A DNA stretch of 64,000 bases from Octopus sinensis. Its lineage: Eukaryota. Below the pieces are notes generated by a model. It was not told the DNA's origin and ran no database searches. It saw nothing but the letters and a program-made list of their open reading frames with translations. Below, one piece after another: positions 1-11,240 of the stretch. The first letter of the stretch is position 1. The number at the start of each line of letters is the position of its first letter. The position numbers and the translations under genes are program-made. The stretch spans positions 1 through 64,000 of the forward strand of contig NW_021830460.1 of the NCBI RefSeq assembly GCF_006345805.1, written 5' to 3'.

Positions 1-21
1 TCAGGAATGAGGGGGGGTATT

Positions 22-278
22 CTTTTATTTGTGTCCGGTCTTTTTGACTCTGCGGCACTGCTATAATGAAAAAGAGTACCGCCTTTAGTCGAGCAAATCG
101 ACCCCAGGACTTATTCTTTGTAAGCCTAGTACTTTTCCTATGGGTCTCTTTTGCAGAACCGTTAAGTTACGGGGACGTAAACACACCAACGTTGGTTGTC
201 AAGCGATGGTGTGGGGAACAAACACAGACACACAAACATACATACATACATACATACATACATAGATACATACATACA

Positions 279-311
<33 letters not shown>

Positions 312-328
312 GCATGCATGGATATATA
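22..328 (-). mobile_element. tRNA-derived octopus-type SINE (family 1), body and 3' half, including its internal (CATA)n tract
   Basis: Contains CGCCTTTAGTCGAGCAAATCGACCCCAGGACTTATTCTTTGTAAGCCTAGTACT and GGGGACGTAAACACACCAAC, recalled as an abundant Octopus SINE body; the matching head lies at 1714-1874. Confidence 0.8.
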
Positions 329-388
329 AAAATAACTCACACAGGTATAGAGGGAAAAATAATGAAAGATCATACGTACATAAGATTA

Positions 389-452
389 CCTGAGAACGGC
401 CGTTTCTGGATTAGTTGAATATAAAGATCAACATTTCCTTCGTCAGCTCAAA
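389..452 (-). ncRNA. Minimal type-I hammerhead ribozyme
   Basis: Minus strand reads TTTGAG-CTGACGA-A-GGA..GTTGA/TCAAC..TCC-A-GAAA-C(GGCC)G-TT-CTCAGG: core present, stem I UUUGAG/CUCAGG, palindromic loop 3, GUU cleavage triplet. Confidence 0.7.
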
Positions 453-1110
453 GATTTCTTTTTATTTGGATTTGAGAGCACTAAAAATCGCACATACCCG
501 TCTGATATGAGTAATCCCAGACAGACCATCTTCGACCGCCAGTACCAACGAATTCAAAAATACAAATGAGGCCTCGCATTCTTCCCCTTCCTCCCACGTG
601 AGTTACAGAGCGATACATTCCTACAGAGAGAACTGTAGTTTAATTTCAGGGAGAGAGAATTATATTGTCAATAATAAAAGGGTAAAACTAATTAATTATT
701 AATTAATTTTACCAAGTAGTATTCAGTATGTAAAAAGACCATTTACGGTATATTTTAAACATTACCTTATATAATTAGGGTTCAGTAAAATAATTTACTT
801 TACCACACACCGAACTTTTAGAAACAGAAGCCAAAAAATCTTAGCTATTTCTTCTACTATAAGAAAAATCTCCCAGACAATGCATACTCAAAAATAACTC
901 ACACAGGTACAGAGGGAAAAATAACGAAAGATCATACGTACATACTCGTAAGATTACCTGAGAACGGCCGTTTCTGGATTAGTTGAATATAAAGATCAAC
1001 AATTTTTGAATTCGTTGGTACTGACGGTCGAAGATGGTTTGTCTGGGATTACTCATATCAAACGGGTATGTTCGACTTTTAGTGCTCTCAAATCCAAATC
1101 AAAAGAAATC

Positions 1111-1174
1111 TTTGAGCTGACGAAGGAAATGTTGATTTTTATATTCAACTAATCCAGAAACGGCCGTTCTCAGG
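1111..1174 (+). ncRNA. Minimal type-I hammerhead ribozyme (inverted copy of 389-452)
   Basis: TTTGAG CTGACGA AGGAAATGTTGATTTTTATATTCAACTAATCCA GAAA CGGCCG TT CTCAGG. Confidence 0.7.
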
Positions 1175-1519
1175 TAATCTTATGTACGTATGATCTTTCA
1201 TTATTTTTCCCTCTATACCTGTGTGAGTTATTTTTGAGTATGCATTGCCTGGGAGATTTTTCTTATAGTAGAAGAAATAGCTAAGATTTTTTGGCTGCTA
1301 TTTCTAAATGTTCGGTGTGTGGTAAAGTAAATTATTTTACTGAACCCTAATTATATAACGTAATGTTTAAAATATACCGTAAATGTCTTTTTACATACTG
1401 AACAATACTTGGTACAATTAATTAATAATTAATTAGTTTTACCCTTTTATTATTGACTATACACACACATATATATATATATTATATATATATATATATT
1501 ATAATATATATAATATAAT

Positions 1520-1705
1520 ATACATAGTAAATCCCAAAAGGGAAGAACAAACAAAACACGACAATGCGAGGACGTGGTACGTGTAAAATATTAGCAGACG
1601 CTCTGGGAAGGAAAGGTGGCTTAACGTTTTGAGCAGAGCTCTTCTTCAGAAACAGAGGAAAGTCTAATAGGAAAGGAAGACGGATGAAAATCGCCAACGA
1701 TTCAC
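1520..1705 (-). mobile_element. Short PLE-derived element with degenerate hammerhead at 1620-1652
   Basis: Minus strand reads TTT-CTGAAGA-A-GAGC-TCT-GCTC-AAAA-CG-TT-AAG (G12 mutated to A) and runs into (TA)n. Related sequence at 4600-4790, 14840-14975 and 61690-61860. Confidence 0.6.
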
Positions 1706-1713
1706 ATGTGGTT

Positions 1714-1874
1714 ACGGGCTTCTTTCAGTTTCCGTCTACCAAATCCACTCACAAGGCTTTGGTCGGCCCGAGGCTATAGTAGAAGACACTTGCCCAATGC
1801 GCCACGCGGTGGGATTGAACCCGGAACCATGTGGTTGGTAAGCAAGCTACTTACCACACAACCATGCCTGCGCC
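1714..1874 (-). mobile_element. tRNA-derived SINE family 1, 5' head
   Basis: Minus strand reads GGCGCAGGCATGG..TGTGGTAAGTAGCTTGCTTACCAACCACATGGTTCCGGGTTCAATCCCAC, with A-box/B-box-like motifs, then GGGCCGACCAAAGCCTTGTGAGTGG. Confidence 0.85.
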
Positions 1875-1996
1875 TATATAAACGGGCAAAAACAAAAATA
1901 CAGCCATAGTAAACATAAATTAAATAGTATAGCCGTAAAAAATTGTACTCCGTTGGTTACGACGACGAGGGTTCCGACGAGTTGATCGGATCAAAG

Positions 1997-2303
1997 TACG
2001 AGGGGCGTTCAATAAGTAATGCTCCTGACCCACTTGTAGTTTTTGATCTAGCTGAAATTTTGTATGTGCAATTATTTATATCTCTATAGATTAAGTTGCA
2101 AATTACAGCTCTGAACTAATTGTGGTTTCCGATTTACAGGTGTTTGAACTGAGTCAAGTGTGAAATGGAGCATGTTGAGTGTCGAGCAGTGATCCGGTTT
2201 TTGTATTTGAAAGGACGCACACCACGGGAGACTTTTGCTGAAATGAAAGTAACTTATGGTGATGATGCCCCATCATATGACCTTGTAAAACGCTGGCATC
2301 GAG
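1997..2303 (+). mobile_element. Mariner/Tc1 5' fragment (TIR plus transposase N-terminus)
   Basis: Starts TACGAGGGGCGTTCAATAAGTAATG. Downstream sequence encodes RAVIRFLYLKGRTPRETFAEMKVTYGDDAPSYDLVKRWH, a mariner HTH region. Confidence 0.8.
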
Positions 2304-2504
2304 TATGATAGAAGAAGGGTTGCTCTTCCTTCCGTAGAAGATAAAATTCAAATCGGACCATGTTAACACCAAAAATTATTTACATCAACAAGGTGCTTTT
2401 TTTATGAAAGTCCCTATTTTTTACGATTTTTTCACTGCTGTGTCGCTACTTTTCGGTGTATTTCAGCCAGAAAAATGTTCACTTGAAGAGAATTACAAGC
2501 GACA

Positions 2505-2586
2505 TAATGCAAAATTTTTACTTTTCAAAAATTCCAATTCCAGCGGGTCGAAACAAACCCGAGCAACGCCGGGCAATACTGCTAGT
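2505..2586 (+). mobile_element. Helitron-like 3' terminus
   Basis: GC-rich hairpin-capable CCCGAGCAACGCCGGG followed after ~7 nt by CTAG|T. Confidence 0.55.
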
Positions 2587-2940
2587 ATGTATATATATGT
2601 ATGTATATTTCTATTATTGAAAACAAGTGGATGTATTCCACTGAAACTAGGTAAATATAAACCTTCGAACAGAGACGTCAGTGGCGACACCTGCGGGTCT
2701 GACTGTAGCTGTCGGACTGGCAGTGTGAAGCGGGCTGACCTCCCTTGTTCGAAGGTTATAATGGATACAGATCGTGTATCAATAGCTATCTTGATGGCGG
2801 TGGCCTCATGGAGCTGACCATGGCAGCGATTATTCTTATATCTATAAGAATGCCATATTAATATGGCGATAACAATTAATTTCCAGTAAACGCTGCCATA
2901 ATCTCTTTTATAGAGACTTAGTAATTTTAATATTTCTATT

Positions 2941-3253
2941 ATATGTATATATATATATACACATACATACACACACATACATACTATACACACATACACA
3001 TACACATATACATACATACACACACGCGTACATATACATACATACATACACATACACATACACACACACACTTACACACATATACCCGTACATACATACA
3101 TACACACACATACATACATACTTACACACATACACACATACATACATACACACACGCATACATATACATACACACACATACACACATACATACATATATA
3201 CACACATACATACACACATACATACATAGATACATACATACACAAACATACAT

Positions 3254-3286
<33 letters not shown>

Positions 3287-4335
3287 GACATACACACACA
3301 CGCACGGACACATACATACATACATACACGCACATACATACACACACACGTACATACATACATACATACACACACACACAGTTACACACATACACACATA
3401 CATACACACACATACATACATACATACATACATACATACACACGCATACACACACACATACACACACATACATACATACGCACATACATACACACACATA
3501 TACACACATACAGACACACATACATACACTACATACATAGATACATACATACATACACACACATACATATACATACATATGTACACACACGCACATACAC
3601 ACATACACACATACACACATACGTACATACATACATACATACATACATACACACACACTTACACACATACACACACACATACATACATACGTACGTACAT
3701 ACATACACACACACATACATACACACACACATACATACATACATACATACATACATACACACATACACACATACATACACACACGCATACATATACATAT
3801 ACATACACATACACACACATACACACATACATACACATACACATATAAACATATAAACACACATATAAGCCTCTACATTGTACACACACGCACACATATA
3901 TACATACATTCACTCGCACGCACGTACACACACACGCACACACACACACATTTACATACATACACATACATGTATATACTATACACTCACACACACATAC
4001 ACACGTACAAACACACACAAACTCACATACACACCGACAGATATACATACACAATATACACCTATCCGCGCACGCACACATACACACAAACACATACAAA
4101 CGCACACATACACGCACACACATACACGTACATACACACTCACACAAATGAACCCACACATACATCCCTACACACACACACGTACAAGCACACACGCACA
4201 CATACACTAGGCTAAGCAGTTACTCTCCACACACACTCACACTCTACGCATACACACACGAACACACACATGCACACACACACACTCCAAACAACACACA
4301 CACATGATACATATACTTACACGCACACACATATA
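2941..4335. repeat. ~1.4-kb compound (CA)n/(CATA)n microsatellite
   Basis: Near-continuous alternating purine-pyrimidine ACAT/ACAC/GCAC units; source of the HTY/VCM ORFs. Confidence 0.97.
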
Positions 4336-4765
4336 CCCCTTTGTTTTTTGACCTGGCTTTGACCTGGCTGGATACAAACAAGCTAGCTGTCATAAAGGAG
4401 TGCCTTATGACAGCTAACTTGCCATTGCTTATTATTCACCACACATACACACATACACACACGCACGCACAAACACACTTGTCATCCTTGCACACACACA
4501 CATTCCTTTTTTTTAAAACTCTCTTGCTTTTAAAAATCATGATTCGTCTACCTCTCAACTTCTGTTCTTTCAACATGTGATCTCTTGAGCACCACCAGAA
4601 AAATATTTTTTCCTCTGTCTTCCCTCCTTGGGATCTTTCCTTCTCCTTGTTAAACGTTAAACCCTCCTTCCCTTCTTTCCTGAGCGTCACTAATACTTTA
4701 ATTGTTCCACGTCCTCGCGTTGCTGTGTTTTTCTCTTTTTTTCTGTGTTTTCTTGTTGGATTAAC

Positions 4766-4807
<42 letters not shown>

Positions 4808-4813
<6 letters not shown>

Positions 4814-4987
4814 TTACATTACTCAATAGTCAAAGAAAAAACTCTGAGTTTCAGATGCCGAAGTGGAAATCCACAGCACCATTCTTCTTCGGTTCTGGCT
4901 ATAACCGAAGAGATGGTGCTGTGAATTTCCACTTCGGCATCTGAAACTCAGAGTTTTATCTTGACTATTGAGTAATGTAACATATTG
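4808..4987. repeat. ~180-bp near-perfect inverted repeat (divergent junction of a PLE-like end)
   Basis: ACTCTGAGTTTCAGATGCCGAAGTGGAAATCCACAGCACCAT pairs with ATGGTGCTGTGAATTTCCACTTCGGCATCTGAAACTCAGAGT, and pairing extends outward to TTACATTACTCAATAGTCAA. Flanked by (TA)n. Confidence 0.85.
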
Positions 4988-5324
4988 TTTTATAGATAAA
5001 TTTCCTCTATTTACATAATATTGAGGTCTCTTTCTTTCTTTTGTTATCTTACCGTTTTTACCAATATATATATATATATATATAAAAATTAATAATTAAA
5101 TATTAGGGAATAAATCCAAACTTACAGGGAAAAATCAGATTTAGGATTAAATCCAATTTTATAGTAAAATATATTATATTATATTATATTAAATTAGAGA
5201 TAAAACCACTATTAGGCAAATCAAACAATGAAAAACATAAGCCAATACAAATAAATTAATTAATTTATATTATTTTAAATATATATCAAAAGTATTAAAA
5301 GTTTAATAAAAGATAAAGAGTAAA

Positions 5325-5393
5325 AACTACGATCGTTTCATGGCTGTACAATTCGTAATAATTCGAGTTATGGTTACAGTCAATCTTCAGGTT
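5325..5393 (-). ncRNA. Minimal type-I hammerhead ribozyme
   Basis: Minus strand reads AAC-CTGAAGA-T-TGACTGTA..TACAGCCA-T-GAAA-C(GATC)G-TA-GTT: stem I AAC/GUU, palindromic loop 3, GUA triplet. Confidence 0.65.
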
Positions 5394-6517
5394 AACTGAA
5401 ATATCTAAAATATAATCAGAAATATTTAAACAATATTTTAAAGTTATAAATAATATAATAATTTTACTTATAATAAACTCTATTATAAAACTAGAAACAT
5501 AAAACTTAACAATTATGATTATATCAAAATCGATAATAATGTTAAATATTAATTTTAATTTATAATGTAGGAAACCCACCAATAATCTAATATCGGTATT
5601 AGTCTATATCTAATTACATAAATATTTTAAAATGACAAATATATATAAATTATCAATGAAAATATATAAATGTATATAAATATTATAATTAAGATCTAAA
5701 ATAATCTATATAAATAAATATATATGCACATATAATAACACCTAATAAATTAATTTTTCATATTTAAAGATGAAATAGTTAATTTCAAAATACAAATAAA
5801 CAAACTTAAACGAACTTTCGGAAATCTTACGTAAAATACTTATAGTATCAATTCGTAGTAATATAGTATCGAATAAATACTATAAATACTATAAATATAA
5901 TTATCAATGGGAATAACTAGCGAATATCAATTTAAAGAAATAACTAAGTTATGCTATTAAATTAGACATGGCCTGGACCAATCTTTAGTCGAAACATCTA
6001 AGTTTATCAAAGTTTATCTAATTTAATTATAAATTTAAAACTACAATTAATACTATTAAAACATGTATATACAAAAGCCTAACTTAATACACCTCGTATG
6101 CTTGCTATCAAATAACAAATCTATCGCTAAGTAGTATCTTATGAATAAACTTAAATTTAATATCTAATTATATAGAAAATTACGATAATTAGATCATTAC
6201 ATAAAAAACGATATTTACATAAGAAAAATATTATTACACCAAAGACTTATAAAATATTAAAATTTACAATTTAAAGATCTTAAATAAATACACACTTATC
6301 TTAGCGAGGTTTAGCAATTAACTAAAATTTTGAATCGGAAAACGTCTTTACAGCGTTTATAACAATACTCGTGGAATTACGTTATTAGCAAAAACAAGAA
6401 TAAATTGTTGAAGAATTCATTAAGCGTGAGGAACCTACGCTTTATTAATGAGATTGTGAATGTATATATGTATATATGTATATATGTATATATATATGTA
6501 TGTATAATAATATATAA

Positions 6518-6552
<35 letters not shown>

Positions 6553-6578
6553 CTATATATATATATATATATATATAT

Positions 6579-6627
<49 letters not shown>

Positions 6628-6920
6628 TATGTATATATTATATATATATGTATGTATAATATATAAACATATAATGCGTATATAATATATATATATATAC
6701 ACACCACACATGCATGCATATATATATTATATGTTTGGGACGTAAACACATCAACATCGGTTGATGTATGTATATATGTATGTATATATGCATGTATTTG
6801 CGTGTGTGTGTGTGTGTGTGTGTCCCCTCCGCCATCGTTTGACAACCGATGTTGATGTGTTTACGTCCCCCAGCGGTTCAACAAAGAAGAATAAGCTCAT
6901 TATTATTCCCCGCAGAATAG

Positions 6921-7090
6921 GGGCGGGGCGAACTGGCAGAATCGGTTATCGCACCGGGCGAATGTCTTAGCATACGTTCTGAGTTTAAATTCCGCCGAGG
7001 TCGACTTTATCTTTCATGCTCTCGTGGGGGTCGATGAGATACGGACCAGTTACGCACTGGGATCTATGTCATCGACTTTATCCCTTTGTC
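6921..7090 (+). mobile_element. tRNA-derived SINE family 2
   Basis: GGCGAACTGGCAGAATCGG..GTTCTGAGTTTAAATTCCGCCGAGGTCGACTTT..ACCAGTTACGCACTGGG; many copies in the window. Confidence 0.8.
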
Positions 7091-7175
7091 TCTCCTTGTT
7101 TGTCCCCTCTATGTTTAGCAATAAAGACATAAATACTGTGGGCAATAAAGACATAAATATTATAATACTTATTTA

Positions 7176-7320
7176 GGCGACGGGCAAGTAGAATCGTTAG
7201 CGCGCCGGGCGAACTGCTTAGCGTATGTTTTGAGTTCAAATTCCGCCGAGGTGGGTCGATGAAATAACTACCAGTTACGCACTGGTGTCGATGTAATCGA
7301 CTAGCTCCCTTCTCCCCAAA
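7176..7320 (+). mobile_element. tRNA-derived SINE family 2
   Basis: GGCGACGGGCAAGTAGAATCGTTAGCGCGCCGGGCGAA..AAATTCCGCCGAGG..CCAGTTACGCACTGGTGTCGATGTAATCGACT. Confidence 0.8.
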
Positions 7321-7480
7321 GAAATTTTCAAAGCCTTGAGCCTAGAGTAAAAATAATTATTATCAACTGCTTGCATATTCATCTATACACATAACAATGC
7401 TTCCTGTATCTGCACGGTTTTGATTAGTGAACAGTAGAACCATACGTTTCACAACGGGAGAAGTACTGCAGTATTATATA

Positions 7481-8050
7481 CAACAATAGCACTACAGAGA
7501 GCGTAAACCTCCGCCAAGGCAACACCAAAGTCCTCTCAACGATTAGCCAGAGATGATTTTTAAAATGAGAATATCCGAAATAAGAGCATTCGGAGAGCGC
7601 AAACCTCCGCCAAGGCAACACCAAAGTCCTCTCAACGATTAGCCAGAGATGATTTTTAAAATGAGAATATCCGAAATAAGAGCATTCGGAGAGCGCAAAC
7701 CTCCGCCAAGGCAACACCAAAGTCCTCTCAACGATTAGTCAGAGATAATTTTTGGAAATGAGAATATCTGAAAAAAACTCAACTGCTCTCACAAACAGGA
7801 ATACTAAAAATGAACCTGACTGCTCTCAAAAATTAAGTAAAAAAACAGGAGAAATAATCCAGAATCCTTGTCCGGTACCGGATCGATCGCAAAATCTAAT
7901 CAATGCGTGCCAGTCAAGAGACCAAACATCCCTGAAAGCTTCATCCGAATCCATCTAATGGTTCTTAAGATATTGTGTCCACGGACAAACAACTAGCAAA
8001 CAAGCACGATTGAAAAACAATACCTCTGCCTTCGCTAAGATGGAGGTAAT
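7481..8050 (+). mobile_element. Non-autonomous Helentron/DINE-1-like element with internal 96-bp tandem (~2.7 copies)
   Basis: 5' ACCTCCGCCAAGGC motif; 3' palindrome TACCTCTGCC-TTCGCT-AAGATGGAGGTA at 8021-8048; 96-bp period at 7497/7593/7689. Partial copies at 20769, 22528 and 45241. Confidence 0.55.
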
Positions 8051-9507
8051 AAATCCATTATTACATACTGTACACTCGTGTATACACATGTACACGCGTA
8101 AGTATACATTTTGTATCTCTACATCTTTGCCTTCATTGCTTAATCAGTCTCTGTCTATGTGTGGCTGTTGAACCCTTGATGCTTCAATGGTATGAAACAC
8201 TTAGACACTGTAAACTATAATTCCATTATTATAAGCTGCTTGCATTCTCATCCATCCTTACAAGTATAAACTGTATGTTTGTATGTATTTGCACTCCTTA
8301 TAAAGAGCCCTTCGAAGCTCTCTTAGAAGCTCAGGAGGTTTTTGTGTTTTGCTGTAGCCTCCATCTTTAGTCCAGCGGAGCAGGAAACGTTGTAGTTTAA
8401 GAAAAAGACACAGAGAAGATTGAATTCTTCCATGAGGAAACACCAGATGTGATATGTCAGTAAGTGAGGGTTTCCTATTACTTGGGGGTATCCTAATAAT
8501 GGGGGTAGATTTGGATGTACTGTAGAATGCTTAAGGTGAAGATGCGCATATATAATGGGTATATATTCATGTAAGTGTGTGCATGTATGTATGTGTGTAT
8601 GTGTGTGCGCGCGCGTTTGTGTGTCTGTGTGCGTGAGTGTATATGTATGTGTATGTGTGTGTGTGTGTGGAGTAGCGTCTTCAACTTATCCTTATAATGT
8701 AGCATTGCATCACATCATTGTTTAAACAGAACGGTGAGTGCAGTGAAAATGATAAATAAGAACGATTGCTAATCAATAATTACTAATTATGTTAGAAAAG
8801 ATGAAAATTTAATCTGTTCGATCAGATTTGAATAAATGCAAAGGAATGAAGCGGACACCAAAGTCAAGGGAAATAATAACATAAAATATTTTCGGAGTTA
8901 TCTCCCATAAAACATTTAACATTTAACGTGACAACATACGAGCGGTTGAATCTATCTGTCTATTTGTCTGTCCTGTCTGTCTGTCTCTTTGTCTCCCTGT
9001 TTATCTGTTTCTCTGTCTGTCTCTATGGTTTTCTGTCTGCCTGTCTGGAAAAATGTTTCTCTTCTATTCTGTTTTACTTACAAAGGTGCGATCATGCTGC
9101 AGCAGCACCTAGAAAGGTTTAGGACGAACGAAACGACCACAGGACCTTCTGGCTTTTCTTCGTTGTTTTTGTTGTTGTTGTTGGGGATGTGTGTTTTTTC
9201 TGAAGGTCTGGAATTCATTCCACGGTCTCTGGTCGAACCGCAACGTTTTAGGGACGTAAACAAATTAACAACCAAGTTGTGGGGAGAGAAAAACAACAAA
9301 CACACACACACATATTTGTATATATATATATATATACATATATGAGGGGTTTAGTTCACTGGTGATCTAAACGAATAGAGTACTTGCTATAATTGGTCAT
9401 CCATTAAGTTCTTCAAAGTTCACAGCTGAGGTTGGAGCTAAGGATCCGTAGCAGGCTTCCCTGTTGGCAGGTATATATTATATTAGAGGGAAAAGGAGAA
9501 CAAGAGA

Positions 9508-9802
9508 CAAGGCAAAACGAGTATCTCAAGTCATTTAGATTAATTTAATAAAGGTAAGGTGAATCTGAAATCTTACAGTTGTTTTGGGGATATCCCAAGT
9601 GATAGGCTAACATGTTCGTACACTGGGTAGTCTGTGAATTTCCCTGTCTAAAACTTTCATACATATTCACTTTGTCTCTGATGACGGAATACCCAGTGTA
9701 CGGACATGTTAGCCTATTACTTGGGATATCCCAGAAACAACTGTAAGGCTTCAAATTCACCTTAAACTATTCTAAATGACTTGAAGTACTCGTCCTGCCT
9801 TA
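9508..9802. repeat. ~120-bp inverted repeat pair around a ~60-bp spacer (fold-back MITE or PLE divergent junction)
   Basis: GGATATCCCAAGTGATAGGCTAACATGTTCGTACACTGGGTA pairs with TACCCAGTGTACGGACATGTTAGCCTATTACTTGGGATATCC, and pairing extends to GGCAAAACGAG/CTCGTCCTGCC. Confidence 0.8.
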
Positions 9803-9897
9803 GTTTTTGGTGTCTTTTTTCCCCAAATATAATATACATAGACACATGTACACACATATATATATACATATACATACATACATACATACATACCACA

Positions 9898-9989
<92 letters not shown>

Positions 9990-11240
9990 TGTTACACATG
10001 AGTATACTTATGGGCATGTAGATGTGAGTGTAATTCTATTAGTTCGTTGGTAAGGGTTTTGATAGATAAATATTAGTATTATAATAACATTGGATTTATT
10101 ACGTAGAGATAATATCTATTTATGCTATAAGGAGTTATTTTGTTTGTTTATATATCCTAGAATATTAGCGTATTTTGACTTCTTACAATTAATCTCTTAT
10201 AATTTAATTATTATAAACCGATGTCAACTTAGTATATGTATATTTCTATGTCTTTTGATAGTCAAACGGAAATGTTTAATCTATACTTTATAATTTAGCG
10301 TATGTTTGAATATAACATATAGCGGTTAAGTTAGTAGATGTTTAGTTATAAAATACTATGGCTACGGAAAATACGGAGTCATATGAATTATGTACCTTAT
10401 GAAAAATTACATTCTATGTCTTGATATGATTATATGTATCTTTGCAATTAATGTTTTATCGAAATATGTGAGTGGATCTTCTTAGTTAATACCGCGGCCT
10501 TGATGTCGTTTTGGGGGTGCTGGATGTCTGCATGCATGTATGTGCATTCGGTTGGGGGTTTCTCTGTTTTTTCCATGTATATAGTTACGATTATACCTCT
10601 TATATTATTTATTTATTTATTCATGATTTGGCTGTGTATGTGGCTATGTATGTGTATGGGTGTATGTGTGTGGGTATACATATAATTATGTATGTATGTG
10701 CGCTGGATCTGTGGATGTGCGTGTGTGTATGTGCGTTTCTTGACTAACTAACCGTAAGATTTCCATTGTGATTCAAATTTAAAACTATAAGCCAATCGAA
10801 TCTATCTAGAATAATCAATATCAAGCGGACAAATGAATTAGACTTATTGATATGTAGATGTCCACTTGCTGTACATGGTACAATCATGGTTGTTATTATT
10901 ATTATTATTATCATTATTATTATTAATATCAATATTAATTTTATTGACTTTTTGTAGGGTTATACATTTTAAGGAACTGAACTGTGGTTTTTTATATATA
11001 TATATGACTGCTTTAAATTCAAATGTGAGTGTACATGTATTTCCTTGATGTTAGTTATGGAACTAGGAGTCCAATATGGAAAATAACTGTGTTTGTTAAT
11101 GTATACCGATATTTTGTTATATTGTATTATTGTATTAATGTGTTATATATATATGTGTAGAATTATGAGTGTCTATGCACACATTTTTATATTTTATATT
11201 TTTATATTTATATGTAAATTTTTCCACACTTATATTAAAT

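Larger units (their letters stand above)
329..1451. mobile_element. PLE-like pseudo-LTR unit (~565-bp period): partial tandem plus inverted copy
   Basis: 329-432 is repeated directly at 891-1002. 1003-1451 is the reverse complement of ~433-550, ~329-432 and ~666-890. The unit contains hammerhead motifs. Confidence 0.7.

Noticed and set aside
1714-1874. tRNA-like sequences (also 15929, 51586, 53745 and the family 2 heads)
   Set aside because: A/B boxes run directly into SINE bodies and no full cloverleaf could be drawn, so these are SINE heads, not tRNA genes.
2493-4215. Long ORFs up to 301 aa (HTY/VCM-rich), and similar poly-I/N/Y/L/E/S ORFs throughout the window
   Set aside because: They are translations of (CA)n, (TA)n, (AAT)n and (GAA)n microsatellites, with no protein-like complexity.
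7497-7760. Regularly spaced repeats suggesting a CRISPR array or a 32-aa repeat protein
   Set aside because: The 96-bp units are contiguous with no unique spacers, no cas genes are present, the context is eukaryotic, and the block lies inside a dispersed repeat.
8258-8520. Complex coding-looking stretch (TKDGGYSKTQKPPELLRELRRALY on -, KDTEKIEFFHEETPDVIC on +, GTAAGT at ~8460)
   Set aside because: I found no recognisable domain, stops occur nearby in each frame, and no consistent acceptor/frame emerged. It could be a degraded transposon; it needs tBLASTx or RNA-seq to call.
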